Of a stretch of DNA of 64,000 nt, positions 49,080-58,557 are shown piece by piece. This stretch comes from an uncultured bacterium (GTDB lineage: Bacteria; Actinomycetota; Thermoleophilia; Solirubrobacterales; 70-9), in contig CAVOME010000008.1 in NCBI GenBank assembly GCA_963696945.1, positions 69,767 through 133,766 on the forward strand, in the 5' to 3' direction. The notes below the pieces were generated by a model, which did not search any database, was not told where the DNA came from, and saw only the letters and a list, made by a program, of their open reading frames with translations. How positions within the stretch are numbered: the stretch's first letter is position 1; each line of letters opens with the position of its first letter. The position numbers were made by a program, and so were the translations under genes.

Positions 49080-49529
49080 GTGGAGATCGACTCCGCCGTC
49101 GAGGCCGACCTGGGCACCCTGCTCCCGATGATGCGGGCCTATTGCGACTTCTACGAGGTCGCTCCCACCGAGGAGGGACTTGAGGCGATGGCGAGGGCGC
49201 TGATCGCCGCCGAGGACCCAGACGGCATGCTCCTCGTGGCCCGGGACACGAACGGCGCGCCGATCGGGTTCGCCACCGTGGGATGGAAATGGGCGAGCAC
49301 CAGGGGGGCGCGCATCGCGGTGATGGAGGACCTGTTCGTCGCCCCCGAGGCCCGCGGAGAGGGCGCCGCCGACGCGCTGATCAAGGCCTGCGCCGACCGG
49401 GCTCGCGTTCACGGCGCCCCCGTTCTCACCTGGGTGACCGCTCCCGACAACCGCCGCGCCCAGGCGGTCTATAACCGCGTCGGCGCCATTCCCGGGACCT
49501 GGCTGGAATACGAGCTCGAGCTCGACTAG
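49080..49529 (+). CDS. GNAT-family N-acetyltransferase.
   Basis: ..LLVARDTNGAPIGFATVGWKW..IAVMEDLFVAPEARGEGAADALIKACADRA. The ORF is intact. Confidence 0.8.
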   Translation: MEIDSAVEADLGTLLPMMRAYCDFYEVAPTEEGLEAMARALIAAEDPDGMLLVARDTNGAPIGFATVGWKWASTRGARIAVMEDLFVAPEARGEGAADALIKACADRARVHGAPVLTWVTAPDNRRAQAVYNRVGAIPGTWLEYELELD

Positions 49530-49541
49530 GGCGCCCGCACG

Positions 49542-49559
49542 GGCGCCCCGCGGGGCGCC
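49542..49559. terminator. GC-rich perfect palindrome between the convergent GNAT and tRNA-Ser genes. It is a candidate bidirectional terminator.
   Basis: GGCGCCCCGCGGGGCGCC. There are no flanking U-tracts. Confidence 0.3.
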
Positions 49560-49598
49560 GGGACGAGTTGACAACCGTATGGGTGGCGAACTCGCCCC
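49560..49598. repeat. R2 hairpin repeat, copy 2, 7 nt beyond the 3' end of tRNA-Ser(UGA).
   Basis: GGGACGAGTTGAC-AACCGTATGGGTG-GCGAACTCGCCCC. See copy 1 at 28181..28219. Confidence 0.6.
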
Positions 49599-49605
49599 GG
49601 TGAAG

Positions 49606-49692
49606 CGGAGCGGGAGGGATTCGAACCCCCGGGCCCTTGCGGGCCGGCTGCTTTCAAGGCAGCTGCAATCGACCTGACTCTGCCACCGCTCC
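49606..49692 (-). tRNA. tRNA-Ser (anticodon UGA).
   Basis: The minus strand reads GGAGCGG-TG-GCA..TGC-A-GCTGC-CTTGAAA-GCAGC, then a long variable arm CGGCCCGCAAGGGCCCG, then GGGGG-TTCGAAT-CCCTC-CCGCTCC-G. CCA is not encoded. Confidence 0.9.
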
Positions 49693-49747
49693 ACCGGCGA
49701 TCGTAGCCAGCGGACGGCACTTCGGTGGCCGAAATAGGCTTGGCGCG

Positions 49748-51055
49748 ATGACGCACGAGTGGCGGAACTGGACCGGCGACCAGGCTTGCGCGCCGGCGGC
49801 GATCCAACACCCCAGGACACTCGACGGCCTGATCTACTCGGTCAGGAGCGCGGCGGAGCGCGGGCTGGCGATCCACGCCGCCGGCTCGGGACACTCGTTC
49901 ACCGACGCGGCGCTGACGGATGGGGTGATGATCCGGATCGAGGCGCTCAACCGGATCCTCGACCTCGACCGCGAGTCCGGCCTGATCAAGGTCGAGGCGG
50001 GGATCACGCTCGCCGAACTCGGCCGGGCGCTGTGGGAGCACGGCCTGGCGATGGAGAACCTCGGCGACATCGACAAGCAGACGCTGGCCGGGGCGATCTC
50101 GACAGCGACGCACGGAACCGGGGCCGGCATTCCGAAACCTCTCGGCGCAGGTCGAGGCGCTCGAGTTGGTGCTGGCCGACGGAAGCGTGCTCGAGGTCTC
50201 CGAGCGATCCGACCGGACCGCGTTTCGGGCCGCGCGGGTGGGCGTCGGGGCGCTCGGGGTCATCTACTCGGTCACCCTCCGCGCCGTCCCGGCGTTCGCG
50301 ATGGAAGGATCGACTCGCCGAAGCCGCTCGAGTGGACCCTCTCGAGCATCGACGAGCTCGCCGCGCGCAACGAGCACTTCGAGTTCTACGTCTTCCCGCA
50401 CACCGATACCGCGCTGGTCATCGAGCGAAATCGGACCGAGGGCCCGCCCAGGCCGCGGAGCCGGGCTCGAGCCTTCCTCAACGAGATCCTGATCGAGAAC
50501 TACGGGATGGACCTGCTGTCGCGCGTCGGCCGTAGCTTCCCGTCCTCGATCCCGCGCCTCGTCGGGTTCGCTGCCGACCAGTTCTCGCGCACTCGCCGCA
50601 CCGACCGCAGCTACCGGATCTTCGCCTCCGATCGACGGGTCCGGTTCACCGAGATGGAGTACGCGTCCCGCGCCACCACGGGGCCGATGCCGTGCGGAAG
50701 GTGCTCGCCCTGCTTCGAGAGCGGGAGGTTCCCGGTCGGATTTCCGATCGAGTTCCGCCTGGTCGCCCCCGACGACGCCTTCCTCAGCACGGCCCACGAG
50801 CGCGAGACCGCCTACGTCGCGGTCCACCAATACAGGGGTGCGCCATGGGAGCCCTACTTCCGCGCGGTCGAGGAGATCATGGACTCCTACGAAGGCCGCC
50901 CCCACTGGGGAAAGCGCCACTTCCAGACCGCCGAGACGCTTGCCCCGCGCTACCCGCGCTGGCGCGACTTCCAGAAGGTGCGCAAGCGGCTCGACCCCGA
51001 CGGCCGCTTCTCGAACTCCTACACCGACCGCGTCCTGGGGCCGGTGGGCACCTAG
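49748..51055 (+). pseudogene. FAD-dependent L-gulono-/D-arabinono-1,4-lactone oxidase/dehydrogenase with 4 frame switches (near 50135, 50310, 50670 and 50725).
   Basis: The pieces are MTHEWRNWTGDQ..IHAAGSGHSFTD..AGAISTATHGTG (ORF 49637..51055); VLADGSVLEVSERSDRTAFRAARVGVGALGVIYSVTLRAVPAF (ORF 50166..50492); then a return to the first frame ..FEFYVFPHTDTALV..FPIEFRLV..YEGRPHWGKRHF. Confidence 0.8.
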
Positions 51056-52302
51056 GCTGGAAGATCAGGCGACGCGGAGGCTGGCCGAAGGAGGCCCTCG
51101 ACCCCGTCGGCGGCGGCCGGCGCTCCGCCTGCGGCCTCGAACGCGGCGGCGATCACGCCGGCCTCTCGTGTGCGCGCCATAGCCTCCAGCACCTTGCGCC
51201 GCAGCCGCTCCGGGTTCAGTCGCGAAACCGGAAGGCGGCTGCCGGCCCCGCAGACCTCGACGCGACGAGCGACCTCGAGCTGGTCGCGCCCGAACGGCAC
51301 CGCGCAGACGGGCACCCCCGCCGCGAGCGCCTTCTGCGTCACTCCCATTCCGCCGTGAGTGACCGCACATGCCGATCGCTTCAGCAAGGGCCCATGCGGG
51401 ATGAAGCGCTCCACCCGGGCGTTGGCCGGGACCCGCCCCCGCGGACCATCCGCCGAGGGCAAGGTTGCCACCACCGTCACGTCCTCCTCGGCAAGTGCCT
51501 CCAGCGCCACCTCCACCAGGCGGCCATCGTCCTGAAACTCCGATGAGGTGCTGACGAGCACGATCGGGCCGTGGAGCTCAGCCAGCCAGTCAGGTTCCTC
51601 GGCCGGCGGATCCCAGGTCATCGGTCCGACCATTCGAACATTCGCCGGCCAGTCCGAGCGCGGATACTCGAAGGGCTCGGCCGTGAGATACAGGAGCAGC
51701 GGTGGGGCAGCGAACATCCCGGCGGCGCCATCGATCCGCGGCAGGCCCAGGCGTTCCCGAAGCGGATCGAGCGACTTCCTCACCACGCGCTCGGCCGACC
51801 CCATGAAGATCCGGCCCAATGCGGCATCGCGCCACCGGCCCAATGGTCCGCGCGCGGGTCGCAGGCCCGGTCCAAACGGAGGCACGTCGCGAGAGGGGAT
51901 CGGAAGGGGGTAGGGGCACCACATCGCCCAGGGGAGGCCGCTCGATTCCGCGACGGCGGCGGCGCCCCAGCTCTGCACGTCGATCAGCAGTAACTTCGGT
52001 TGCGTCGCCTCGATCGCGCCTTCGAGATCCGGAACCTCGTGCTCCGCCCGGGCTCCGAAGATCGCGACGCCTCGCTTGAAGGCCCCCTGGGCGGTGCGGG
52101 CCTTCCAGTCATCGTGGTGGATCGCCTCGATCTCGGGCGAGATCGGATCGGCCTCGAACCCTCGCTCGCGAAGCAGGCCCACCTGTGATGGGAGCGTCCT
52201 CACCGAAATGCGATGGCCGCGCTGACCGAGCTCATCGAGGAGCGGAACCAGGGGAAACAGATGGCCGCGGGCCGGCGAGGTGTAGGCGAGCACGGAGCTC
52301 AT
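51052..52302 (-). CDS. GT1-family UDP-glycosyltransferase (MGT-like).
   Basis: MSSVLAYTSPARGHLFPLVPLLDELGQRGH.. with the C-terminal donor motif AVTHGGMGVTQKALAAGVPVCAVPFGRDQ. ATG 52302 is preferred over the 52467 extension. Confidence 0.8.
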   Translation of the reverse strand: MSSVLAYTSPARGHLFPLVPLLDELGQRGHRISVRTLPSQVGLLRERGFEADPISPEIEAIHHDDWKARTAQGAFKRGVAIFGARAEHEVPDLEGAIEATQPKLLLIDVQSWGAAAVAESSGLPWAMWCPYPLPIPSRDVPPFGPGLRPARGPLGRWRDAALGRIFMGSAERVVRKSLDPLRERLGLPRIDGAAGMFAAPPLLLYLTAEPFEYPRSDWPANVRMVGPMTWDPPAEEPDWLAELHGPIVLVSTSSEFQDDGRLVEVALEALAEEDVTVVATLPSADGPRGRVPANARVERFIPHGPLLKRSACAVTHGGMGVTQKALAAGVPVCAVPFGRDQLEVARRVEVCGAGSRLPVSRLNPERLRRKVLEAMARTREAGVIAAAFEAAGGAPAAADGVEGLLRPASASPDLPA

Positions 52303-52306
52303 GGGC

Positions 52307-53557
52307 TCAGAGGAACGCCTGGCCCTCGCCCCGGTAGGTCGGGACCTGGTCGGCGATCCGATCACCCTCGACCAGGTAGAGCGAGCCGAACCGCTCGCAC
52401 AGCTCGCCCGCCTTGGCGTGGCGAAGGTAGACGCGATCGCCGACCCGAAGCCGCCGCGCGCCGACACCCCCGAGCGGCGTCTGGACCTCTCCCGCTCCCT
52501 CCTGTCGATCGAGGTGGAGTCCCTCCGGCAGGTAGGGCCTCGGGAGCCTGTCTGCTCCAGCTGCGCCCGAGGCGGGGTAGCCGCCGCCGAGCGCCGTTAC
52601 GAACGTGGGGCTTGGCCGGCGCACCACCGGTAGCACGAAGAAGGCCGCCGGCCTCAGGTCCAGGGAGCGGTAGTCGTCGAAGAGCGCCGGCGCGTAGAAG
52701 CCCGATCCGGCGGTCACCTCGGTCACCGCGCCGGCGGCCGCGGTTCGCGCCACGCTCCCGGTTCCCCCGCCGTTCACGAACTCGAGATCGGCGAGCTCGC
52801 TGACCGCGGCGATCAGGCGGGGGAGGCGTCGCCGGATCTCTCGCTCCGATGCGGCCTGCATCCAGCGGATCGCGGCGCTCCTGAGCGGCCTCCCCGGGAC
52901 GCGGTCGCCGACCCCCGCGATCTGGGCGTCGTAGGCCATCACGCCCGCCAGCCTGGTGCCCGGCCTCTCGGAGATCTCGGCCGCCATCTGCCGGGCATGG
53001 GCAGGCGTCCGGACCGGCGAGCGCTTCGGGCCGATCCGCGCCAGCCTCCCCTTCGCCGGCCACCAACCGACATCGAGGTCGAGGCAGACTCGCAGTCCTC
53101 CCGCGCCGCCGTGTATCGCCGACTCGATCAGGTCGAGATGGGGAGGCGAGTCGACCATCGGGACCGGCGCGCGCCCGGGATCCCGAGCGGCCAGCTCGAC
53201 CAGCTCCGCGAGCGCCGTGCGATCTGCGGTGGGGTAGGCGACCACGATGTCCTCGAACCCCTGGGCGGCGAGCCACAGCGCCTCGGGAAGCGTGAAGGCG
53301 AGGATTCCCTGAAAGCCCGGATCGAGCTCGCCGATCAGCCGAAGGAGAGCGGTCGATCGAACTGACTTCGAGGCGACGCGAATCGGCGTTCCCGTCGCCT
53401 GGGCGAGCATGAACCGTGCGTTGGAGCGCAGGGCGTCGAGGTCGACGAACGCGAAGGGCGGCTCGACCGACTCGAAGATCCCCTCGTATCGGGCAAGGAG
53501 TGCTCCCCGGTCTACCCTGGTGGGGGCTTGGGGGACGCTGGCCTGGGTTGCACTCAC
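52307..53557 (-). CDS. Fold-type III PLP enzyme with an alanine-racemase N-terminal domain (D-serine dehydratase / D-threonine aldolase-like).
   Basis: ..PPFAFVDLDALRSNARFML..IRVASKSVR..GVMAYDAQIAG..FVNGGGTGS. The ORF is intact at 416 aa. Confidence 0.7.
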   Translation of the reverse strand: MSATQASVPQAPTRVDRGALLARYEGIFESVEPPFAFVDLDALRSNARFMLAQATGTPIRVASKSVRSTALLRLIGELDPGFQGILAFTLPEALWLAAQGFEDIVVAYPTADRTALAELVELAARDPGRAPVPMVDSPPHLDLIESAIHGGAGGLRVCLDLDVGWWPAKGRLARIGPKRSPVRTPAHARQMAAEISERPGTRLAGVMAYDAQIAGVGDRVPGRPLRSAAIRWMQAASEREIRRRLPRLIAAVSELADLEFVNGGGTGSVARTAAAGAVTEVTAGSGFYAPALFDDYRSLDLRPAAFFVLPVVRRPSPTFVTALGGGYPASGAAGADRLPRPYLPEGLHLDRQEGAGEVQTPLGGVGARRLRVGDRVYLRHAKAGELCERFGSLYLVEGDRIADQVPTYRGEGQAFL

Positions 53558-53621
53558 CGCGGCGCGAGCGTATCGGCTGGCCGCGGGCCCGGCGAGTATC
53601 GCGGCGCCCGCGACTACTTCC

Positions 53622-53627
53622 TAGAAT
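53622..53627 (+). promoter_or_regulatory. -10-like TAGAAT box 14 nt upstream of tRNA-Ser(GCU).
   Basis: ..cttccTAGAATcgtgggccacgccc-GGAGAGG. Confidence 0.3.
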
Positions 53628-53641
53628 CGTGGGCCACGCCC

Positions 53642-53730
53642 GGAGAGGTGGCCGAGTGGCTGAAGGCACTCGCCTGCTAAGCGAGTAGGGGGCGAAAGCT
53701 CTCTCGAGGGTTCGAATCCCTCCCTCTCCG
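53642..53730 (+). tRNA. tRNA-Ser (anticodon GCU).
   Basis: GGAGAGG-TG-GCC-GAGTGGCTGAA-GGC-A-CTCGC-CTGCTAA-GCGAG, then a long variable arm, then GAGGG-TTCGAAT-CCCTC-CCTCTCC-G. Confidence 0.92.
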
Positions 53731-53792
53731 CTCGAGCGGGCGGTCGATCGAGGATCGCGCCACTCCAAGCGGGTCGACGGACCATCCTCACG

Positions 53793-54752
53793 ATGGCCCG
53801 CCCGGCGGGTGAGACAGAAGGAACGGATGACGTGAAGCGCTATCGCTGGATGCTCGGGGCCGCCGCCCTGGCCGCGCTCGCCTGCGTTGCCGGCGGCTGG
53901 GTGCTGCTCGCGGATCGGGACTCCGCCGCCCGCAGTGACGCCCTGCCGAGGGTGATCGCCTCGCCCCGGCTCGACCGATCGTCGAGGCAGGTGGAGGCCT
54001 CACCCTCCGGGGCTCTTCCCGGCTCATCTGGGAACCCTCGCCGCCCCGCCCCGCGAGCCACGAAGCCCGCTCCATCGGATGCGCCCGCCGCTGGACCATC
54101 GAATGGATCGTCTCCTCGGGGGTCTGCGTCTGCGCGTGGTTACAGGCTCGCGCGCCGCGGCCAGCCGCTCGTCTCGGTTCGCCGCGGCGCCCGGATTGCA
54201 CTGCGGACTAAGCCGCGGGGAAAGGTCGTCAAGACGCTCGCCTGGCGGACCCGGTTCGGCTCTCGCACGGTGCTCGCGGTCTTCGCGCGGCGCGGCGCCT
54301 GGGCCGGGGTGCCCACTCCCCTGCTGCCGCACGGCAGGCTCGGCTGGGTCAAGCTCGATCCCGCCCGGCTGCGATCGGGCTGGACCCGGTACTCGATCGA
54401 TGTCGACCTCTCCTCGAAGGCAGCCCGGCTTCGGATCTCTGGCCGGACGCTCCGCTCGTTCAGCGTCACCGTCGGCGCCGCGGCCTCGCCCACCCCGATC
54501 GGGCGGTTTGCGATCACCGACACGTTCCGGGGCAACCTGAACCCCGCCTACGGGTGCTGCGCGCTGGCGACCAGCGCCACCCAGTCCGATCTGCCGTCCG
54601 GCTGGCTCGGCGGCGACCGGATCGCGATCCACGGCACCACGGGCCCGCTCGGGGCGGCGCTCTCCCACGGCTGCATCAGGGCGTCGAACGCGGCCGTCAG
54701 CGCCTTGGTTCGCCGGGTCGGGCTCGGAACGCCGGTCGTGATCCACCGGTAG
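53793..54752 (+). CDS. L,D-transpeptidase (YkuD domain).
   Basis: The C-terminal catalytic motif is DRIAIHGTTGPLGAALSHGCIRASN. The N-terminal anchor is KRYRWMLGAAALAALACVAGGWVLL. An alternative start is GTG 53832. Confidence 0.85.
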   Translation: MARPAGETEGTDDVKRYRWMLGAAALAALACVAGGWVLLADRDSAARSDALPRVIASPRLDRSSRQVEASPSGALPGSSGNPRRPAPRATKPAPSDAPAAGPSNGSSPRGSASARGYRLARRGQPLVSVRRGARIALRTKPRGKVVKTLAWRTRFGSRTVLAVFARRGAWAGVPTPLLPHGRLGWVKLDPARLRSGWTRYSIDVDLSSKAARLRISGRTLRSFSVTVGAAASPTPIGRFAITDTFRGNLNPAYGCCALATSATQSDLPSGWLGGDRIAIHGTTGPLGAALSHGCIRASNAAVSALVRRVGLGTPVVIHR

Positions 54753-54778
54753 CGCGGGCGAGCCGCCCGGCGTCCGGC

Positions 54779-55570
54779 TCAGCCGCGCGCCGTCTGCGGC
54801 TCCCACTTGAAGGAGCGCGCCGCCACGATCGCGCTGCCCACCGCCCACAGGGTGAGCACGGCGACGTTGTTGGCCGTCAGCCCCGTTCCCGAGGAGACCC
54901 CGAAGCTGATCTGAAGCCCCTCGGCAAGGTGAAAGAGCGGAAACACGCGGCCCACGTCCTGGAGCCAGGTCGGCAGGGTGTCGATCGGGATGAAGACACT
55001 CGAGATGAAGGAGAGGATCACGGCGGGGAAGGGCCCGATTGCCGCCGCCGCGTCGGCGTTCGGGGCGAAGGTGCTGACCGCGATCCCGAGCGCACAAAGG
55101 GTGGCGCTGCCGAGCGCCGCGTAGACCACCACGCCGATGATCGCCGTGCCGTGGATGTGCACCCCATAGAGGATCGCCCCGAGCGCGAGCAGGACGGCGA
55201 CCATCACCGCAACCAACACCATCGAGCGCAGGACGAGGGACGCGATGAAGGTCCACGACGGAACCGGGGTACCGCGGTAACGCTTCAGCTGGCCGCTCTC
55301 GCGTTGCGCCGTCAGCGAGATGACCAGGGTGCTGAAGCAGTTCAGCATGATCGCGTAGGCCATCAGGCCGGCGGTGAAGTAGGCGTGGAGATCGAGCGTG
55401 ATCCCGCCTACGTCGACCGGCTTGTTGTTGTCTCCCGATGCGAAGATCGAGTTGAAGAGCAGCAGGAAGACGATCGGGAAGAGGATCGAGAAGACGAGCG
55501 CGCGCGGGTTGCGCCTCGTCGTCTTCAGCCCATAGAAGGTCTGGCGGGCGACCAGGGCCAGGTCGCCCAT
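54779..55570 (-). CDS. ABC-2-type exporter permease.
   Basis: MGDLALVARQTFYGLKTTRRNPRALVFSILFPIVFLLLF.. It has 6 hydrophobic spans. Its ATG overlaps the ATPase stop. Confidence 0.8.
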   Translation of the reverse strand: MGDLALVARQTFYGLKTTRRNPRALVFSILFPIVFLLLFNSIFASGDNNKPVDVGGITLDLHAYFTAGLMAYAIMLNCFSTLVISLTAQRESGQLKRYRGTPVPSWTFIASLVLRSMVLVAVMVAVLLALGAILYGVHIHGTAIIGVVVYAALGSATLCALGIAVSTFAPNADAAAAIGPFPAVILSFISSVFIPIDTLPTWLQDVGRVFPLFHLAEGLQISFGVSSGTGLTANNVAVLTLWAVGSAIVAARSFKWEPQTARG

Positions 55571-56511
55571 CAGGTACTCCCCTCGTCCGGCGGGTTCTCG
55601 GCGGACGTCAGCTCGAGGAAGATGTCCTCGAGGCTGGGATGGACCGCCTCCAATCCGTCGAGCGCGATCCCCCGCTCCTCGGCCCACCCCGTGAGCTTGT
55701 AGAGGGGCCGCTGCGGGCTGTCGACCTTCAGCGCCGCGACCCCGCCGACCAGCTCGACCGGGGCGTCCACGATCGAGCGAATGTCATCGATGGACACCCC
55801 ATCGGGAAGGCGGAACCGGATCATCGTCTGCGCGCCTGTCCCGGCGCCGATCTCCTCCAGGTCGCCGACCGCGGCCAGCTCGCCGCGGCGCAGGATCGCC
55901 ACCCGGTCGGCCAGGTGCTGGGCCTCGTCCATGTAGTGGGTGGTCAGGAAGATCGTCTTGCCGAGCTCCTTCAGCCCCTCGATCATGTTCCACGCGTCGC
56001 GCCTGGCCGTCGGATCGAAGCCCGTGGTCGGCTCGTCGAGGAAGAGGAGCTCCGGGTCGCCGATGATTCCCACCGCCACATCTACCCGCCGTCGCTGACC
56101 TCCTGACAGCGTCCCGACTCGCGCGTCGCGCCGATCGGACAGGCCGACGAGGTCGATCGTCTCCTCGACCGGTCGCGGCGACGGATAGAAGCCGGAGAAC
56201 AGGGTGACCAGCTCGCGGACGGTGAGCGCCGGGTCGAGCTCGCATTCCTGGAGCACCAGGCCGATCCGCTCGCGCCAGGGTCGGGTCGGCTCTCCCGGGT
56301 CGACGCCCAGCACGGATGCCTCACCTCCGGTGCGCGTGCGGTAGCCCTCCAGGATCTCGATCGTGGTCGTCTTGCCCGCGCCGTTAGGGCCCAGGAAACC
56401 GAACACCTCGCCGGTGGCCACCTCGAAGCTGATCCCCCGCACCGCCTCGTACTGGCCGTAGCGCATCCGCAGATCGCTGACCGAGATAGCTGTTCCGTTG
56501 CCGTCGGCCAT
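55570..56511 (-). CDS. ABC transporter ATP-binding protein (DrrA-like).
   Basis: GFLGPNGAGKTTTI (Walker A), LSGGQRRRV (signature) and LLFLDEPTTGFD (Walker B). Confidence 0.95.
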   Translation of the reverse strand: MADGNGTAISVSDLRMRYGQYEAVRGISFEVATGEVFGFLGPNGAGKTTTIEILEGYRTRTGGEASVLGVDPGEPTRPWRERIGLVLQECELDPALTVRELVTLFSGFYPSPRPVEETIDLVGLSDRRDARVGTLSGGQRRRVDVAVGIIGDPELLFLDEPTTGFDPTARRDAWNMIEGLKELGKTIFLTTHYMDEAQHLADRVAILRRGELAAVGDLEEIGAGTGAQTMIRFRLPDGVSIDDIRSIVDAPVELVGGVAALKVDSPQRPLYKLTGWAEERGIALDGLEAVHPSLEDIFLELTSAENPPDEGST

Positions 56512-56562
56512 CCGCTCGCCGCGCAAGCTAGCGCAGGCCCGGGGCGCTGGTCGAAGCTGCGT

Positions 56563-57501
56563 CTAAATCGTCAGCACGACCTTGCCCGTGGCGCGGCGCT
56601 CGTCGAGCTCCCTGAGAGCATCGGCCGCGTTCTCGAGCGAGTGAACAGACCCGACCACGGGCCGCACCATTCCCGTTCGGACGAGGTCGCCAAGCCGCTC
56701 GATGGCGTCGGGGACGCCCGTCGGTTCCGAGGCCAGGGCCCCGAACGAGCAGCCGCGGACGTCGACGTTTCGGAGCAGGAGGCGGTTGACCCTGATCTCG
56801 GGGATCTCTCCTGACGTGAAGCCCACCACCACGATGCGCCCCTCGGGAGCGAGCGAGCGCAGGCTCTCCTTGAATCGCTCCGTGCCGCCCACCGGGTCGA
56901 CGATCAGATCGATCGGCTCGGCCAGCTGCGAGCGGAAGTCCTCGCCGATCGCGATCGAGTCGGCCCCCGCTGTCCGTGCGATCACGGCCTTCTCCTCGCT
57001 CGAGACCGCACCGACTACCTGCGCGCCGAGCGCCTTCGCGACTTGGACCGTGGCGGTGCCGACCCCGCCCGCCGCGCCGTGCACCAGCACGCTCTCGCCT
57101 GCCTCGAGTCCGCCCCGGCGGTCGAGCGCCGCCAGTGCCGTGAGGTAGTTCAGAGGCAGGGCCGCGCCCTCCGCGTAGCCGAGCTCGTCGGGAAGGTGGA
57201 AGGTCGCCTCGGGGAGCGCCGCGACCTGCTCGGCGTGCGCGCCGAGGCTGAGCGTCATGACGCGATTCCCGACTGCGATCGGGCTGTCCGAGGGGGCACG
57301 AATCACGTCCCCGGCCGCCTCCCAGCCCAGCGTGAACGGAAGCTCTTGCCGCACCTGGTACTCCCCGCGTGTCATCAGCAGGTCGGGAAACGACACTCCC
57401 GCGGCGCGCACGGCGATCACGAGTTCGGCGTCCGGCTCAGGGAGATCGACCACCGAAACGGCGTCCGGCCCATCCTCCGTGGTCACCTGGAGAGCGCGCA
57501 T
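56563..57501 (-). CDS. NADPH:quinone reductase / MDR-family oxidoreductase.
   Basis: MRALQVTTEDGPDAV..VLVHGAAGGVGTATVQVAKALGAQVVG..ATGKVVLTI. ATG 57501 is preferred over the 57852 extension. Confidence 0.85.
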   Translation of the reverse strand: MRALQVTTEDGPDAVSVVDLPEPDAELVIAVRAAGVSFPDLLMTRGEYQVRQELPFTLGWEAAGDVIRAPSDSPIAVGNRVMTLSLGAHAEQVAALPEATFHLPDELGYAEGAALPLNYLTALAALDRRGGLEAGESVLVHGAAGGVGTATVQVAKALGAQVVGAVSSEEKAVIARTAGADSIAIGEDFRSQLAEPIDLIVDPVGGTERFKESLRSLAPEGRIVVVGFTSGEIPEIRVNRLLLRNVDVRGCSFGALASEPTGVPDAIERLGDLVRTGMVRPVVGSVHSLENAADALRELDERRATGKVVLTI

Positions 57502-57559
57502 CGAGCTTCGCCGCCCTCGGCAGTGTACGTGTCGATCGGCGCCGCGTAGCATCCGCTTG

Positions 57560-58557
57560 GTGGCTGAGCGTTCGACCGAGCCCAGGACTCCCAAGCGGGT
57601 CTTCGTCACCGGCGCGCTGGGCCTGATCGGGCGGCGGGTGGCGAGCCGCTTTCGCGAGGCCGGGTCCGAGGTGACGGGGGTCGACGTTCGCGCCGAGCCG
57701 GAGTTGGGCGTCGTCGCGGGCGATCTGACCGTTCCCGGCTCGTGGGCCGAGGCGGCGGCGGGCGCCGAGCTCGTGATCCACACCGCGGCCCGGCTCGGGA
57801 TGGACAGCGACGCGGACGGTTTTTGGCGGGTCAACGTCGTCGGGACCCGCAACGCGCTGGATGTCGCGGTGACGGCAGGGGCGCGGCGGTTCGTCCAGCT
57901 CTCATCGATCGTGGCCTTCGGATTCGACGTACCGAGGGACGTCGACGAGCGTCATCCGGTGCGGCCCAACGGCGTCCCCTACGTGGACACCAAGGTCGCG
58001 AGCGAGCAGGTCGTCCTCCAGGCGCACGGGGCGGGCGAGGTTGGGTGCACGATCATTCGGCCGGGCGACGTCTATGGCCCGGGATCGCACTTCTGGACCC
58101 TGACGCCCGTGCGAGAGATGGCGATGGGCCGCCTGATCCTGCCGGCCAGGGGGCACGGAACGATGAGCCCCGTCTACGTCGACGACCTGGTTGAGGGCAT
58201 CGTCTTGGCGGCGGCCGACGACGGGCGGTGGGGGAGGTCTTCACGCTGAGCGGCGGCCACGATGTCGAGGCGCGGGAGTTCTTCGGCCACTACGCGCGCA
58301 TGCTCGGCAAGGAACGGGTGCCGACCGCCCCGACCGCGGTGGTCGCCGCTCTCGCCGCGGCGATCGGCCATGTGCGCCGCCTGCGGGGCGCCGCTCCCGA
58401 GATCACCCCGGCCGCGGTGCGCTACCTGTCGCGCGCCGGCACCTACTCGATCGAGAAGGCGCGCCGAACGCTTGGCTACGACCCTTTGGTGGGCCTCGAG
58501 GAGGGGATGGCGCGCTGCGAGGAGTGGCTTCGCGCCGAAGGGGTGATCCCGCGATGA
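57560..58557 (+). pseudogene. NAD-dependent epimerase/dehydratase (3-beta-HSD-like) with one frame switch near 58225.
   Basis: ORF 57257..58249 carries KRVFVTGALGLIGRRVASRF..VIHTAA..YVDTKVASE. ORF 58228..58557 continues GEVFTLSGGHDV..TYSIEKARRTLGYDP. A TAGCAT box lies about 8 nt before the GTG. Confidence 0.8.

Noticed and set aside
28181-49692. A genomic island integrated at tRNA-Ser, with the R2 copies as attL and attR.
   Set aside because: There are no integrase, excisionase, transposase or phage/conjugation genes. The R2 copies are inverted rather than direct and do not overlap the tRNA. The content is housekeeping (sulfate assimilation, carboxylase, mutase). It is kept only as a boundary observation.
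53558-53641. The GCGACTACTTCC upstream of tRNA-Ser(GCU) as another copy of the R1 core (GCGACTACGTCGC).
   Set aside because: Only 8-9 nt match, the palindromic second half is missing, and none of the other R1 blocks are present.
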